Shown here: piece by piece, positions 25,201 through 37,200 of the stretch | Layout: the number at the start of each line of letters is the position of its first letter | How positions within the stretch are numbered: the first letter of the stretch is position 1 | Source of the DNA: Lama glama | Lineage: Eukaryota | Direction of reading: 5' to 3' | Length of the DNA stretch: 64,000 bases | NCBI GenBank assembly: GCA_028534125.1 | Contig: CM052851.1 | Coordinates: forward strand, 496,001-560,000 | Made by a program: the position numbers and the translations under genes | The notes under the pieces: model-generated | Database searches by the model: none | What the model saw: only the letters and a program-made list of their open reading frames with translations | What the model was told of the DNA's origin: nothing

Positions 25201-28200
25201 CAAATTCCCACCTCTCTGGAAGTGTTGCCCTTCAGACACAGTCTCTGCTGCTTACCTTTGCTCATGCTTCTCCCTTCAGCACTGATGGCAGAGAGAAGCA
25301 AGGCTCGGCTCACAGTCCCCTGACAAGGAGGGCGTGGGAGGCTGTTGAGGGAGCTGCCAGCTGGGAGGTGGGGTGGGCCCGCGGGTTCGAGGAGGGCATG
25401 AGGTGCCTGCATCTGCCCTGTGCCCCAGAGAGAGACGATGGTCTTTGTGGGGAGGCCAAGACCCCCTTCCCTGGCTAGGCTCTGGCCCCACGTAGCTCCC
25501 TTGGGAGACAGGGAGTTGAGTGGCTGACTCTGCTGGATGTGTTCTTTTAGGACAAAAACTTCTGGCCAGTGGTTTCGGTCAGATCCTGATTTTGTTCCCT
25601 TTTCTTTCTTGGTTTTGCAACTTGTGGCCCTGTAGAGCCCAGAGTCTTCCTTTTTGCCCGAAATTTAAACCCAGTGAGAGGTGATTGGTTTTGTCTTCAT
25701 CCTCTCCTTCAGGATAATTCCTGTGCACGGTTCTTTCTACATGCTCCAGGATTTGGCGTCTGTCTACAGGATTGCTCAAAAGTGGGGAGACCAACGAGGG
25801 AGGGCATAGCTCAGTGGTAGAGTGTGTAGGTTCAATTCCAGGTACCTCCATCAAAAAAATAAATTAATTAAATAAATAAATTAACAAAGAAACCTAATTA
25901 CCTCCCCTTTTAAAAAAGAAGTGGGGAGACCAGACTCCAAATTGAGTTGCTTGGTTTTTGTGTTTCATGGCAAGGTGTTTTTTTTTTTTTGACCTTTGAA
26001 ATCCCTTCTGATGGCAACGGAAGGGTGCCATGAGGGTTAGTCGTTTCGTATCCTTAGTGCACCCTGAGCTCCTTCGGGCGGGGTGCTGTGTTGGGAGCCG
26101 TGTTTCGCCTTTTCTGTGGCCAGCCTCCCTTCCCCGGTGAGGTTGAGAGGGCAGTTGCGTGCTTCAGTTGCAGCTTAAGTAGCACTGATAGAGGGCGCTA
26201 CGTGGATGTTGAATAGTCTTCTAAACAGCCGGCAGATAAAATAGAGCAAGAAAATGAGTATCTGGTGATACTTCTGGGTTGCATTTGTTGCTGTTGAAAA
26301 TTACAGTTCGGTAGCTTTCTTTTTGGTCCAGTTTGGAACCTTCTTTTGAAACTCACCATGCCTGTGAGAACCAGAGTCCCGTGTGGTTTAGCGCGTGCAG
26401 AGTTGCGCCAGGGCATGTGGTGGAAGCTTCTGTCTACCTGTGAGTTGTCGTCAGCAAGTCCTCCTTCCCCAGAACAGATTCCTCACGATCTCAGTGACTT
26501 CTTATAATTAGCTTGTGGCTTGTGTTCACTTAATTCTTTGCTTCAAACTCTCCCTGCAGTATTACTTAACCACGGTTTGAGTGGTCCCCGCGTAGAGTAG
26601 CACACCCAGCTTTCCCAGGCCCGCCACGCCCCGAGGCTGTGGAGGAAGTGGAGGGCGGGAGGTGACTGGCCGAGGGCCCGCTCAGCGGCTCAGTCCCGGA
26701 GGCTTGGTCTTTGTGGGATTGTGCCCCCTGCGGCTGCAGCCCTCCAGCTGTCCTTTGGGAGAGCTGGTCCCTGGGGGCAGGAGGTGCTCCCCTGCTGGTG
26801 CTTATGCTTGTCTGGCATGCGCTCTCTCATGTAGTGTTTGCTGTAGATCTAATGTAAATCTGTTCTTCAAGTTTTTAAGCCGAGAAAACATAGTTTTTCA
26901 TGTTTTATACAACCCCAAGAGTGAAGGGTACTTTGAAGATGTGCATTTCAAAATTTATTTCTTTATTTTTCTGGATTCTGTTTTTTGACGTAATTGTACA
27001 GTTCATTCATTCATTTGAGAAATCTGATGGGTGCCCGTTGTGTGCCGCACATTGTTCTATGCATTGGGGATTCAGTGCTTAACCAAATGGACAAAATTCC
27101 TATACTTTCAGAAACTTAAATTCTTGTGAGACTAGGCAGACAAAATACGTGACAGAAACACATATCTGTGTGTCTCCGTCCACTCATCCACCCCCTCTTC
27201 TATATGTCATGGAGAAAAACAAAGCAGGGGGCAGCAGAGAGGGTCTCCAGTCTGTAGAAGGTGGTCATGTTCGGTAGCCTGGGGGAGGTGTATTTTAAGG
27301 AACTATAGAGAGAGTGAAGGTGAGCCCTGGGGACTTTGGAGAAAGGGTTCTTCAGGTAGAGGAGTGGAGGCCCTCAGGTGAGTGTGTTACCTGCCCGAGC
27401 AGGTAGGGGCTGTCTAATCAGAGTGTGGGGTGCGGGGCTGGAGGGCAGATGGTCAAGGCCTTGTAGGAATTCTTGGAGGTTTTCAGCACAGGAGTGATCT
27501 GATCTGAATTATTTTTGCCTTTAACACGATCATGTGGTTTCTGTACTGAGAATGAGGGGTCGTGGCAAGGGTTGAGGAAGGAGACAAGGTGCTGGGAGTG
27601 TCTTGGCCACTGCACAGGGTGGAGACGGTGTGGAGTGGGCACCTGGATCCTTTTGGCTCCAGACGAGCATTGGGCTCTCTGGGCTCGCGTGGTTTCCAGG
27701 GGGATGGCTGCTGCTGCGAGTGCTGCGGTCTGTCTGTGCGGCCTGTGCCTTTTTTCCTCTGGCTACTTTTAGTACCCTTCCTTTCGCTGGCTGAGGTCAG
27801 CCTTGTTTAGGAAGTGCCCTGTAAGTTTCTCCATGTTTCTTGTGCTTGGGATTTGAGTTTCTGAGATCAGTGGGTTTAAAGTTTTCATCAAATTGGAGAA
27901 ATTTGGCCACTATTTCTTCAAATATTTTTTCTGCCCCCTTCACTGATGCTCTGCGCATTCTTTCAGTCTTTTCCCTCTGTTTCATTTTGAATAGTTTCTG
28001 TGCTGTGTCATCTGGTGCACTGATTTTCAAGGTGCGACCTGCTGTTAATTTCCCTCGCTTGTTTCTCATCTCGGACATTGTATTTCTCATGTCTTGAACC
28101 TCAGCTTGGGTCTTACGTTGTTTGTGTCTCTTAACCTGCTTGTGGCAGTCTGTACCTTCACAAGCTGTGGTGTGGGATATCGTTAGAATGGCTGTTTTTT

Positions 28201-31200
28201 TAAGAAGAGTGTTCATTTTGTTATTTTTTGGGGGAGAGGTAATTAGGTTTACTTGTTTATTTATTTTTAGAGGAGGCACTGGGGACTGAACCCAGGACCT
28301 TGTGCGTGCTGAGCACACGCTGTACCACTGAGCTCTGCTCGTGCCCCCCCCCCCCCCCCCGTGATGGCTGTTTTAATGTCCTTATCTCCTGGTTCTACCG
28401 TCTGTGTCATTTCTGGGTCGGTTTCTGTTGATTGATTTCCCCTACTCATTGTGGGTTGCATTTTCCTTTTCCTTTCCATGCCTGGTAGTTTTTTATTGGA
28501 TGCCAGACATTGTGAATTTCACCTTGTTGGTCCTGTGTATTTGTGTGTTTCTTTAACTGCTCTCAAGCTGTGTTCTGGGATGAAGCTAAGCTACTTGGAG
28601 ATCACTTTATTCTTACAAGGAGGGACCAGTGCTAGTCTGGGGTGAGTCCTGCCCCACTCTCGAGGGTTGGAGCCCCTCCATGGAACGCTGCCCGGCGGCC
28701 TGAGGTTTGGGGAGTCTCTGTGCTCTGGCTTGCTGGCCCTGTGCCAGCTTCCACCACTTTCCCTCTGCTCCTTCCTGGTGGCTCTTGCCGTGGCCTCAGG
28801 AGCTTCCTGTGGTAGTCAGAGAACCAGGCGCTCGCAGCCCCTGGGCTTGACTCTCGGCCGCAGGCTGCTCTCCCGCGCTCTGCCCTGCATGTTCCAGCCT
28901 CCTCCCCACTTCAGGGACACCTCTGGGTCTTCTGGGTCTCCTCCCCAGGCAGCGAGCTCCTCTGCTTGTCTCCCGTCTCTCAGTGTCACTGTTCCAGTCT
29001 GTTCCACGGGGTCTGAAAACTGTTGTTCCATATATTTTGCCCAGGTTTTTAGTTGCCTAAGCTGGGAGGGTAAATCCTGTTCCTGTTTGTGGCCAGTAGG
29101 TTCGGGGAGAGATGTTGAGTATGCAGTTCGGTAGCCAAGGCTGGAGCTCCGAGACTAGGTCTGGGCTCGGAGTAGGAGTGCGGCTGCGTTGTTTCTAGGT
29201 GGTGTTTGAGGCCGTGAGCCTGGGAGGCTCGCCCAGGGGAGCGTGGCTCTCACAAGCGCTTTGCCTTCACTCACATGTCTGGTCTTCATGATAGCACTTA
29301 TGGTAGGTACTGTGCGTCTCCCTGTTGTACCGATGAGGAAACTGAGGCACAGGAGCCCAAGGCCACTGCCTCTGAGGTGGTAGAGCTGATTCGGACCCAG
29401 GCTGCCTGGCTCCAAGCCTTTTCTCCGAACCGCAGAGTGGGGCCAGCTCTCCAGGAGCGCGACTGGAGTGCCAGATGTGGCAGCCCTTAGCAGTCAGGGA
29501 GCTGGGGCCAGTGAGGGGATCAGGGATCAAGGGTCACAGGAGCGGACTGAGCCGGGGTGAGCGGGGTGGGGTGACGTTTGAGAGAGAAGAGTTGGGAAAT
29601 GGGCATCTCAGCTGCTCTGCGGGGCTTTGCGGTGACGGGGGCAGAGGAGGTGGCAGCGCCCAGGTCTATGTGGCAGATTGAAGCTGGAGGCTCAAAGGTG
29701 GTGAGGACTCTCATGGGAGAGAGAGGGAGGGAGGGAGAGTGGGTCTTAAGTCCTGCTGGCAGGACAGGGCATTGGGGAGCAGTTTGCTTACCTGACTGGC
29801 GGCTGGAAGGGTGGGGCCGGTGGGATGCCTGCAGAGGAGCATGGGGAGTGTGTCTGTGGAGAGGTGGCTCTGGTGGGGGCTGGGTCATCTGAGGGGCCAA
29901 GGTCAGGGCCGGTGGGCTGGGGTGGTCATTCATCACCAAAGATGGTGATCCTAGTATGACAGGGGAGGGGGTGGTGTTATAGTAAGTAATTGGACAGGTC
30001 TTTTTGCTATTTTTTTTTGCTATTTTCTTGTCCTTAATTAAATGTTTAAAACATTTAAAAATAAGGTCAAGAATGTAGTTTAAGAAATTAATTATAAAAT
30101 ACTTAACCTTCACCCCGCCTCCCCCATTCCTAAACCTCAGAGTCAGTTATTTTCACTTTACAGTCAGTTCTTCTCATGTTTACTTTAAAACATGTGGTTT
30201 TTAAAAATTGCATGTTTATACCATTCATGGGTGTTTTTCTTCCCATTTAGGCATTATTTGCTGACTTCTTACTGTGGATGCTGAGGATTTAACTTACCCG
30301 AGCTTTCCTTTGCCCCTTCTCTGATATGTTACAATGTTATATCTAATTAATGTATAACATTTAATTTCTATCTGAAAATATTCTTAGCTGAGAATAATGC
30401 TTCAGCTCGTAAGTTGCCTTTGGCTTTGCGGACCTTTTACTGCACCTGGGGCTCTCCAACCCTGAGCTTTCGGACGTGACGGTGGGGTCCCCCTAATGTG
30501 GTTGGACACAGCAGGTGGCCTCTTCGCCCCTCCTTCCCTGTTGGGAAAGCCCCTCCTGAATGAACAGGTCCTGGTCTTCTGGACAGCTTGTTGCTCACGC
30601 TGCCCTCTCGGGACCTCCCTTCATGTGGTCCTGAGGGTCTCATCTTTGCCCCGACACCTGTTCCTTGGAGTCGCATGTCTGTCCTCTGGGCTTGTGCTTG
30701 TTTGCATTCGGTTTGGTGGTGCACCTGAGAAAGAGTGCATAGGAGGTAAAACTGTGTATAGGTTTTGCAGTTTTGATTTTAAGAAAGTATTTTTTACCTT
30801 CATACTTAATTGAGAATTTGGCTGGGGTAGAATTCTAGACTGGAAATAACTTTTCTCGTCAGTTTTGAAGGCGTGGCTCTACTCTTAGTTCCTAGTGGTC
30901 TGAAATTTAATCTGCTGTGCCCAGGGTGGTGTTTGGTGGCCCTATCCAGTCTGGAAATTCCTGCCCTTGGTGTTTAGGAAAATGTTTTTGTTTTGTTTCT
31001 TCAATGATTTCTCTTTCCTTCTTCCTTTTTCTAATAATAGTTGAAATGTGGACTTCTTGGCTTACATTTTCTTACCTTTTTGTCTCTCATCTTCCATTTC
31101 TTTGTCTTTGTGGTATTGTCTGTTTTGAGGCTCGCAGCTTTGTCCTCTAGCCCTTTTGAATTTTTCTTGCTGCTGTCAGCTGTAGAGTTTGAGTGCGTTC

Positions 31201-34200
31201 TTATTGTCTGAGCCCTCCTTTCTTGGTGACGTCTGGCTCTTAAAGCTGTGCTTTCTCTTCCTCATGTAAGAATATTCATTGTTCGGGAGTTCCCTGCTCT
31301 CCATTGCGGCTTTGCTGTGAATTTCTGCAGGTTTGTTTTGGTCCCTGGCTCCTGCTGTGATGCTGCTCTAGGTGCCTGATGGTCAGTGTCCATCCTCTGG
31401 GGCGTGGGCTTTGGCCAGTGTGGGGAGGGCTTGCGGGGGGCAGCCTCACTGACTGGTGGTGGTGGGGTCTCCGCTCTGCGGAGGGAGCCTGAAGACGTCT
31501 CCGGGCTCCTCTCCTGCTTGGTGGGGAGGCGAGTGTGGGGAGCCTGGCTGCTGTGGTTCTGGGTGTGGATGTCCCCGTCTGGGAAGCCGGTCACTCAGTA
31601 GAGCCTCCCCCCACACGCAGTGGTGTCCCCAGGCCAAGAGCTTCTTTGTTCCTGCCTTTCCGCTTGAAAACCTGTTGTTTCCTGCTGGGATCAGGGGTGT
31701 CGGCGGGCTGGCTGCAGGGTCTGGAGGCGGGACCTCCTTACGGAGACTTCCAACCCATCCCCTGCACCCACCTCTGGAGGCACCTGGCACCTTCGCTTCC
31801 TGAGCCTTTCAGGCTCTCTGATGGAGCAGGTTGGCTCTTTCCTGGTCCTCCTCCCGCAGGCCGCTGGGCTCTGGCCTGCTCTGCTAGGCTGAGGCAGGCA
31901 GCCACGTGGCCTTTTCCATGCCCAGGATTGTTGTGCTGACCACTCTTGTCGTACAGTTTTCTCCTTGTAAATACGTTTTGGACTAATTCTCTCTCTCTCT
32001 CACACGCGCATGGACACATGCACGTGCACACGGACACAGTACATACATGTGCACACACATGCAGACACATGTGCACACACAACATGCAGCACACAGGACA
32101 CATACTTACACGTGCACACACATACACAACACGCGCAGGCACGTGCACGCACACATACACACATGTGGGCGCAGGCACATGTACACACACATGTGCACAC
32201 ATATGACCACTCTTGTACAGTTTTCTCCTTGTAAATAAGTTTTGGACTAATTTTCTCTTTCACACACACACAGACACATATACACATGCACACACACAGT
32301 GTGCACACATGCAGACACATGTGCGCACACGACAGTAGTTACACACGTGCACATGCATGCACAACACACATGCAGACATGTGTACACACACGCATGTGTG
32401 CAATACATACAGCGCNNNNNNNNNNNNNNNNNNNNNNNNNNNNNNNNNNNNNNNNNNNNNNNNNNNNNNNNNNNNNNNNNNNNNNNNNNNNNNNNNNNNN
32501 NNNNNNNNNNNNNNNNNNNNNNNNNNNNNNNNNNNNNNNNNNNNNNNNNNNNNNNNNNTTTATGCTCTGGGTGCATCACTCCTTGAGGGGAGGCCACGAG
32601 GAAGCATAATTTGGCTTTTTTGCTTTACTCTCCAATTCCTAAATGAAGTAGTAATACCTGTTTATTTGTCTGATTTGGGTGGGTGGTTCTCACTACATAG
32701 CTTGTTTGACGTGTGTTTCTAAGTGGAATTTTAAAGAGGATGTGTGACTCCGAGGCACTCATTCTGCATCTTCTGAAGCAGCCAGCAGGGTGGACCCCGT
32801 TCTCCATGAACAGGACACTGTGGTGTGTGTTTTCCCACACCTGCTTCTTAAGGGGTAGTTTCAGGGTTCCAGAATCCAGAAGTCAAAGCGAGGAGACTGG
32901 TGTCTGCTAGGATTTTGCTTCATAGATGTGATCAGTGTTACTGAGGCAGTTTCTTGCCAGTAGTGGAATGTAGTAAATGGAAGTTTGTCTTTGTGGTTTA
33001 AGTCTGTGGAGTCTGTTATTGGTAATGATGAGTCAGTCTAGGGGAGTTTGGATACCTAAATATTCCAGAGCATTACTTTAAACCCTGAACCCAGCGTTCA
33101 AACATGGAGGTGGCTTTTGGAAGCTGTCGGGGGAAGGCCTCTGGGAAGAAGCCACAGGCCTGCTGGGTCCTGAGGCCCTGAGGGAGCTGGAATTGGGGTG
33201 GCGGAGAGTGGTTCTGCTCGAGGGCCCGAGCCCCGTGTGGCCAGTGCGCAGTGAGGGACGGGGAGGAGCAGACGCAGGCCGATCACTGGGCCTTGAAGGC
33301 CTGGCGGGAAGCCTGAGCTTTTCCTAAGGCGTCACACAGGAAGCTGCTGAGGAGAGTCCAGACGGTGACGGGTGGAGCCGCGTACAGCCACCCGGCTCCT
33401 GTGTGGCAGGCAGGTGGGAGGAGGCCAGCGTGGACGGGGAGGGTGACAGACAGGAGACGCTGGTGACAGTGGCCATGGTGAGAATGGAGTAGCCTTTTGG
33501 AGGAAAGGTGGGCAGGACTCCCTGCTAGAGGGAGGGCCTCAAAGGAGAGTGTTCTGGGGGAGATGGCCACGCCAGTGGGTGTTGAGGGTGGGAGGCAGGA
33601 GGCCTGGGGCCTGGTGGGGAGCATTGTGAGGGCTGTGGCTGTTCCCCGCGCCCGCTGAACGCTGAGGGTGGCGGGGATGGTCTCCATCTTCAGAGCGGCT
33701 CAGGGTGCACCGGTGACTACCAGGAGAGGGCGGGCAGGCATGGTGACGGGAGCGCTGGGGTCAGGGCTTGTGGGACGGACAGGGTGTGGAGGTGATCCAT
33801 GAAAGGGGGGACCCTCGCAGCACACTGCTGAGAGGCGTGAGTGGCAGTGGGACATGCTCAAGGGGTTGTGGGTGGTTCCTAGCGCGAGTATTGCCTGGTG
33901 GGTGGGGGATGGGGCAGGAGAACAAGGTGGGAGGGGCTGGCCAAAGCCAGACCACGGGGGCCCCCTCTGTGGGGTGTGGACTGCTGGCGTGTCTTAAGCA
34001 GGGGAGACACTGTACAACTTATTTTTTGTTAGTAGAATAGCAATTCTGAATACAAAGGATGGACTTTAGACTAGGTCTGCAGGCAGGAAAGCCAGTTGGG
34101 AAAAGATTGATTGCTCTGGTCTGGAGAAGGCAGCGGGAGTGAAAAGGTAGGGGTGGAGACAGAGAGGTCGAAAGTGACGGGAGGGTGAGTGGTAAAGTGC

Positions 34201-37200
34201 TCTTCCCTCAGAGTGGCTTTGCCTCCACAGAAGAACTGCTAGTTAGTAAGAATGGTGGAGTGAGGACCTCTGTGAACCCACCTCCCTTGAAAGCAGTGAA
34301 AACACTGGTAAAAAGGGTCGAAACCAGCTTTGCTGGAACTCTAGAAATAAACCAAAGGTTGACGTGATGTCAGGAAGATTTATTCAGGAAAGACTCCTGC
34401 CCCTCTGACTTGACCTGTCACTCTCCTCCCCTGTGATCTGTGGTAGCACTGAAACCATGGTAGCTGTGCAAGCCAGCAGCCCAGCTGCCCTTGGAAGGGC
34501 CACGCCAGCCTTGAGGCCCCTCAGAGGCCCTCTTCTCAGAGTGCTCCTGCCCTTCGCTGGCTGGTAGCTCCTCGCCATTGGCGCCCTCTCACTCGAAGAG
34601 CCCTACTCCTAGCGTCTTTGTGGGAAATGATCAGTAGCGGTTAATGCCACAGTCTGGGCTAAACACTAAGGAAGATACGAAGAACGACATGCTCTTAGGG
34701 GCTCTGAAAAGCTCTGACGGATCCCCGTGGTTCCAGAAGTCTGCAGGTGTGCAGGACTGTGCCTGTGCCTCGGGAAGACGTGGGAGGGCCCCAGTCTCAC
34801 CTCTGTCTCGTCTCATGTCCCGGCACAGATAGGAAGTGAAGGCAGAGGCAGAGCTGTGGCTGCCTGCGTGCTGAAGCTGCGCCCTCGCACATGCACGGCT
34901 CCTGGGCCTTGTCTGGGACACTTACCAGTTCAGCACTTCTGAGGGAATCCTTGACTGACCATCAGCCGACCACTAAGCTAACTGGGCAGAGACTTACAGT
35001 CGCTCTACACTGTAGGGAATTGCAGGCTTTACGGAGCTAGCTCAGGAAGATCACTAAACAGTAACAGTATAAGCGGCAGCACCCCTGGGAAGGAGGACGT
35101 TCTGGACTCCAAGGCTGCTGCGGCGTTGTCTGAAATACCCGGTTTCAGTAAGAAGTTATGAGATGCACAGAGGAACAGGGAAATGTGGTCTATACACAGG
35201 AAAAAAGCAGTCGTTAGAACCATTAGAAACTACCCTTGGAAGGTCCAGATGTTGGGCTTCATAATATGAGACAAGGATTTTGAATTGGTTATTGCAGACA
35301 TGTTCCAGGAACTGAAAGAAGCTGTGCTAAAGGATTGACGTGTGAGGATGATCGCTCACCAAGTGGGGGCTGTCAACAAAGAGGGAGAAGTTATGTAAAA
35401 TCCCCACCAAATAGAAATCCTTGAGTTGAAAATACAGTAACTGAAGTGAAGAATTCACCAGAAGGGCTTGCTCAACAGCGGATTTGAGTTGACAGGAGAA
35501 AGAACCAGTGAATTTGAGAACAGACGCTGTTAACATAATTGAAGTAAGATCTACGTTAAGGTAAGTACAGATCCAGTCTGAGGAACAGAAAGTGAAAACA
35601 ATAACGAAGGAAAACGAGCAGAGCCCCGGAGACCTGTGGGACCCCGTCAGGCACGCTGACACGTCCGCAGCTGGGGCCCCGTAAAGGAAGAAGTAGGAGA
35701 GAAGAGCAGGAGGAATACTCGAAGACATAAGCTCTCCAAATTTGGTGACAAACAGTGATCCACGCTTTCAAGATGACCTCCAAATAGGGTAAACTCAAAG
35801 AGATCAGCACTTGGACACATCGTAGTCAGACTGTTGAAAGACAAAGACAAAGGAATAAGCGTGAAAGCGAGAAGAAAATGACGCATCGTCTTGTAGAGAC
35901 TGTCAGGATTAACAGCTGTCTTCTCATCCAAACCACGGAGGCCGGAAGGCAGTGGGCTGACCTGTGCAGAGTGTTGAAGGAAAAAGACTCAGCCACACTG
36001 TTCCAGAAGCAATAAACCGTGATGGGTACGGGTTAAAAAAAAAAGTCTGTCAGCCAAGAATTCTGTGTCCAGGAAAACCATTCTTCAAAAATGGAGAAAT
36101 TGAGATATTGCTAAATAAACAAGAACGAGGGAGTTTGTTGCTAGCAGACCTGCCGTCCAGTGAATACTAAAGCGGTCAGTCTATAATGAAGGGCACTAGG
36201 TAGTGGACTTTGTGAAGAAACAGAGCAATGGTGAAGACAGCTATGTGGGAAGATCTAAAAGACAGTGTATTTCTGTAACTTCTGGTCTCCTGTCTGATTT
36301 AAAAGACAACTGCATAAAAGAAGAGTTTTACCTAATTTTAGTACACTTTAAATAAAACTGCTGGTGGGCTTTTAATGTGTAAAGATGTAGTTTGTATGAC
36401 AACAGCACAGAGGAGGAGGGAGGGAGCAGAGCTATATTGGAGCAAATATTCTCTGTGCTATTAGAAGTTATTAGTTTGTATGAACTAAACTAGGTTGTTT
36501 TAAGTTAAGTGTTAATTATAATCCCCAGGCAACTACCAAGACCGTAACTAAAAAAAAATGTAGTAAAGGAAACAAGGGAATTGAAAGGGTGCACTGAGGA
36601 GTACTTGTCAACGCAGAAGAGGACGGTGGTGGAAGAGGAGGGGAGGAGACAAGACACAGCAGAGCAGAAGGGCGATGCAGCTCCTGCCTGAGCAGCGCCT
36701 GAAACACAAGTGGATTAAACCCTTGAGTTAAAGAGAACATGACCTAGCTACATACTTTCTTCAAAAGACACTAGAGATTAGAAGGTACAAACAAGATACT
36801 CGTGAAAGAAAGAAAAATGAGCTGCTTTTTTGCAAATAGTAACCAGATGAGAGCTGGAGCGGCTATGCTAACACAGACAAACCAGTCTCTAAGACAGAGA
36901 CGCTTAGTGGAGACACAGAGGCGCAGTTTGCAGAGGTAAAGGGTCAGCCCCTCAAGAAGACACACCGGTTCTAAGCGCGTTTACACCCAGTAACAGAGCC
37001 CCAAACACATGAAGCAGAACACACGAAGGGTGGAGGAATGGACGCTTGGACGGTGTCAGTGGGGGCCTGAGTGCACTGCCTTAGCAACAGACTCACGGAG
37101 ACCGAGGACCAGCAGCGAACGGAAGACTGGAGAGGCGCTGGGAGCCAGCCGGCCCAGCAGACCCCCAGCGGGAGCAGCGTGTACACACTTCTCTCAAGTG

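Noticed and set aside
31738-32722. His/Thr- and Cys/Val-rich ORFs
   Set aside because: They are translations of the CA-rich simple repeat and the N gap.
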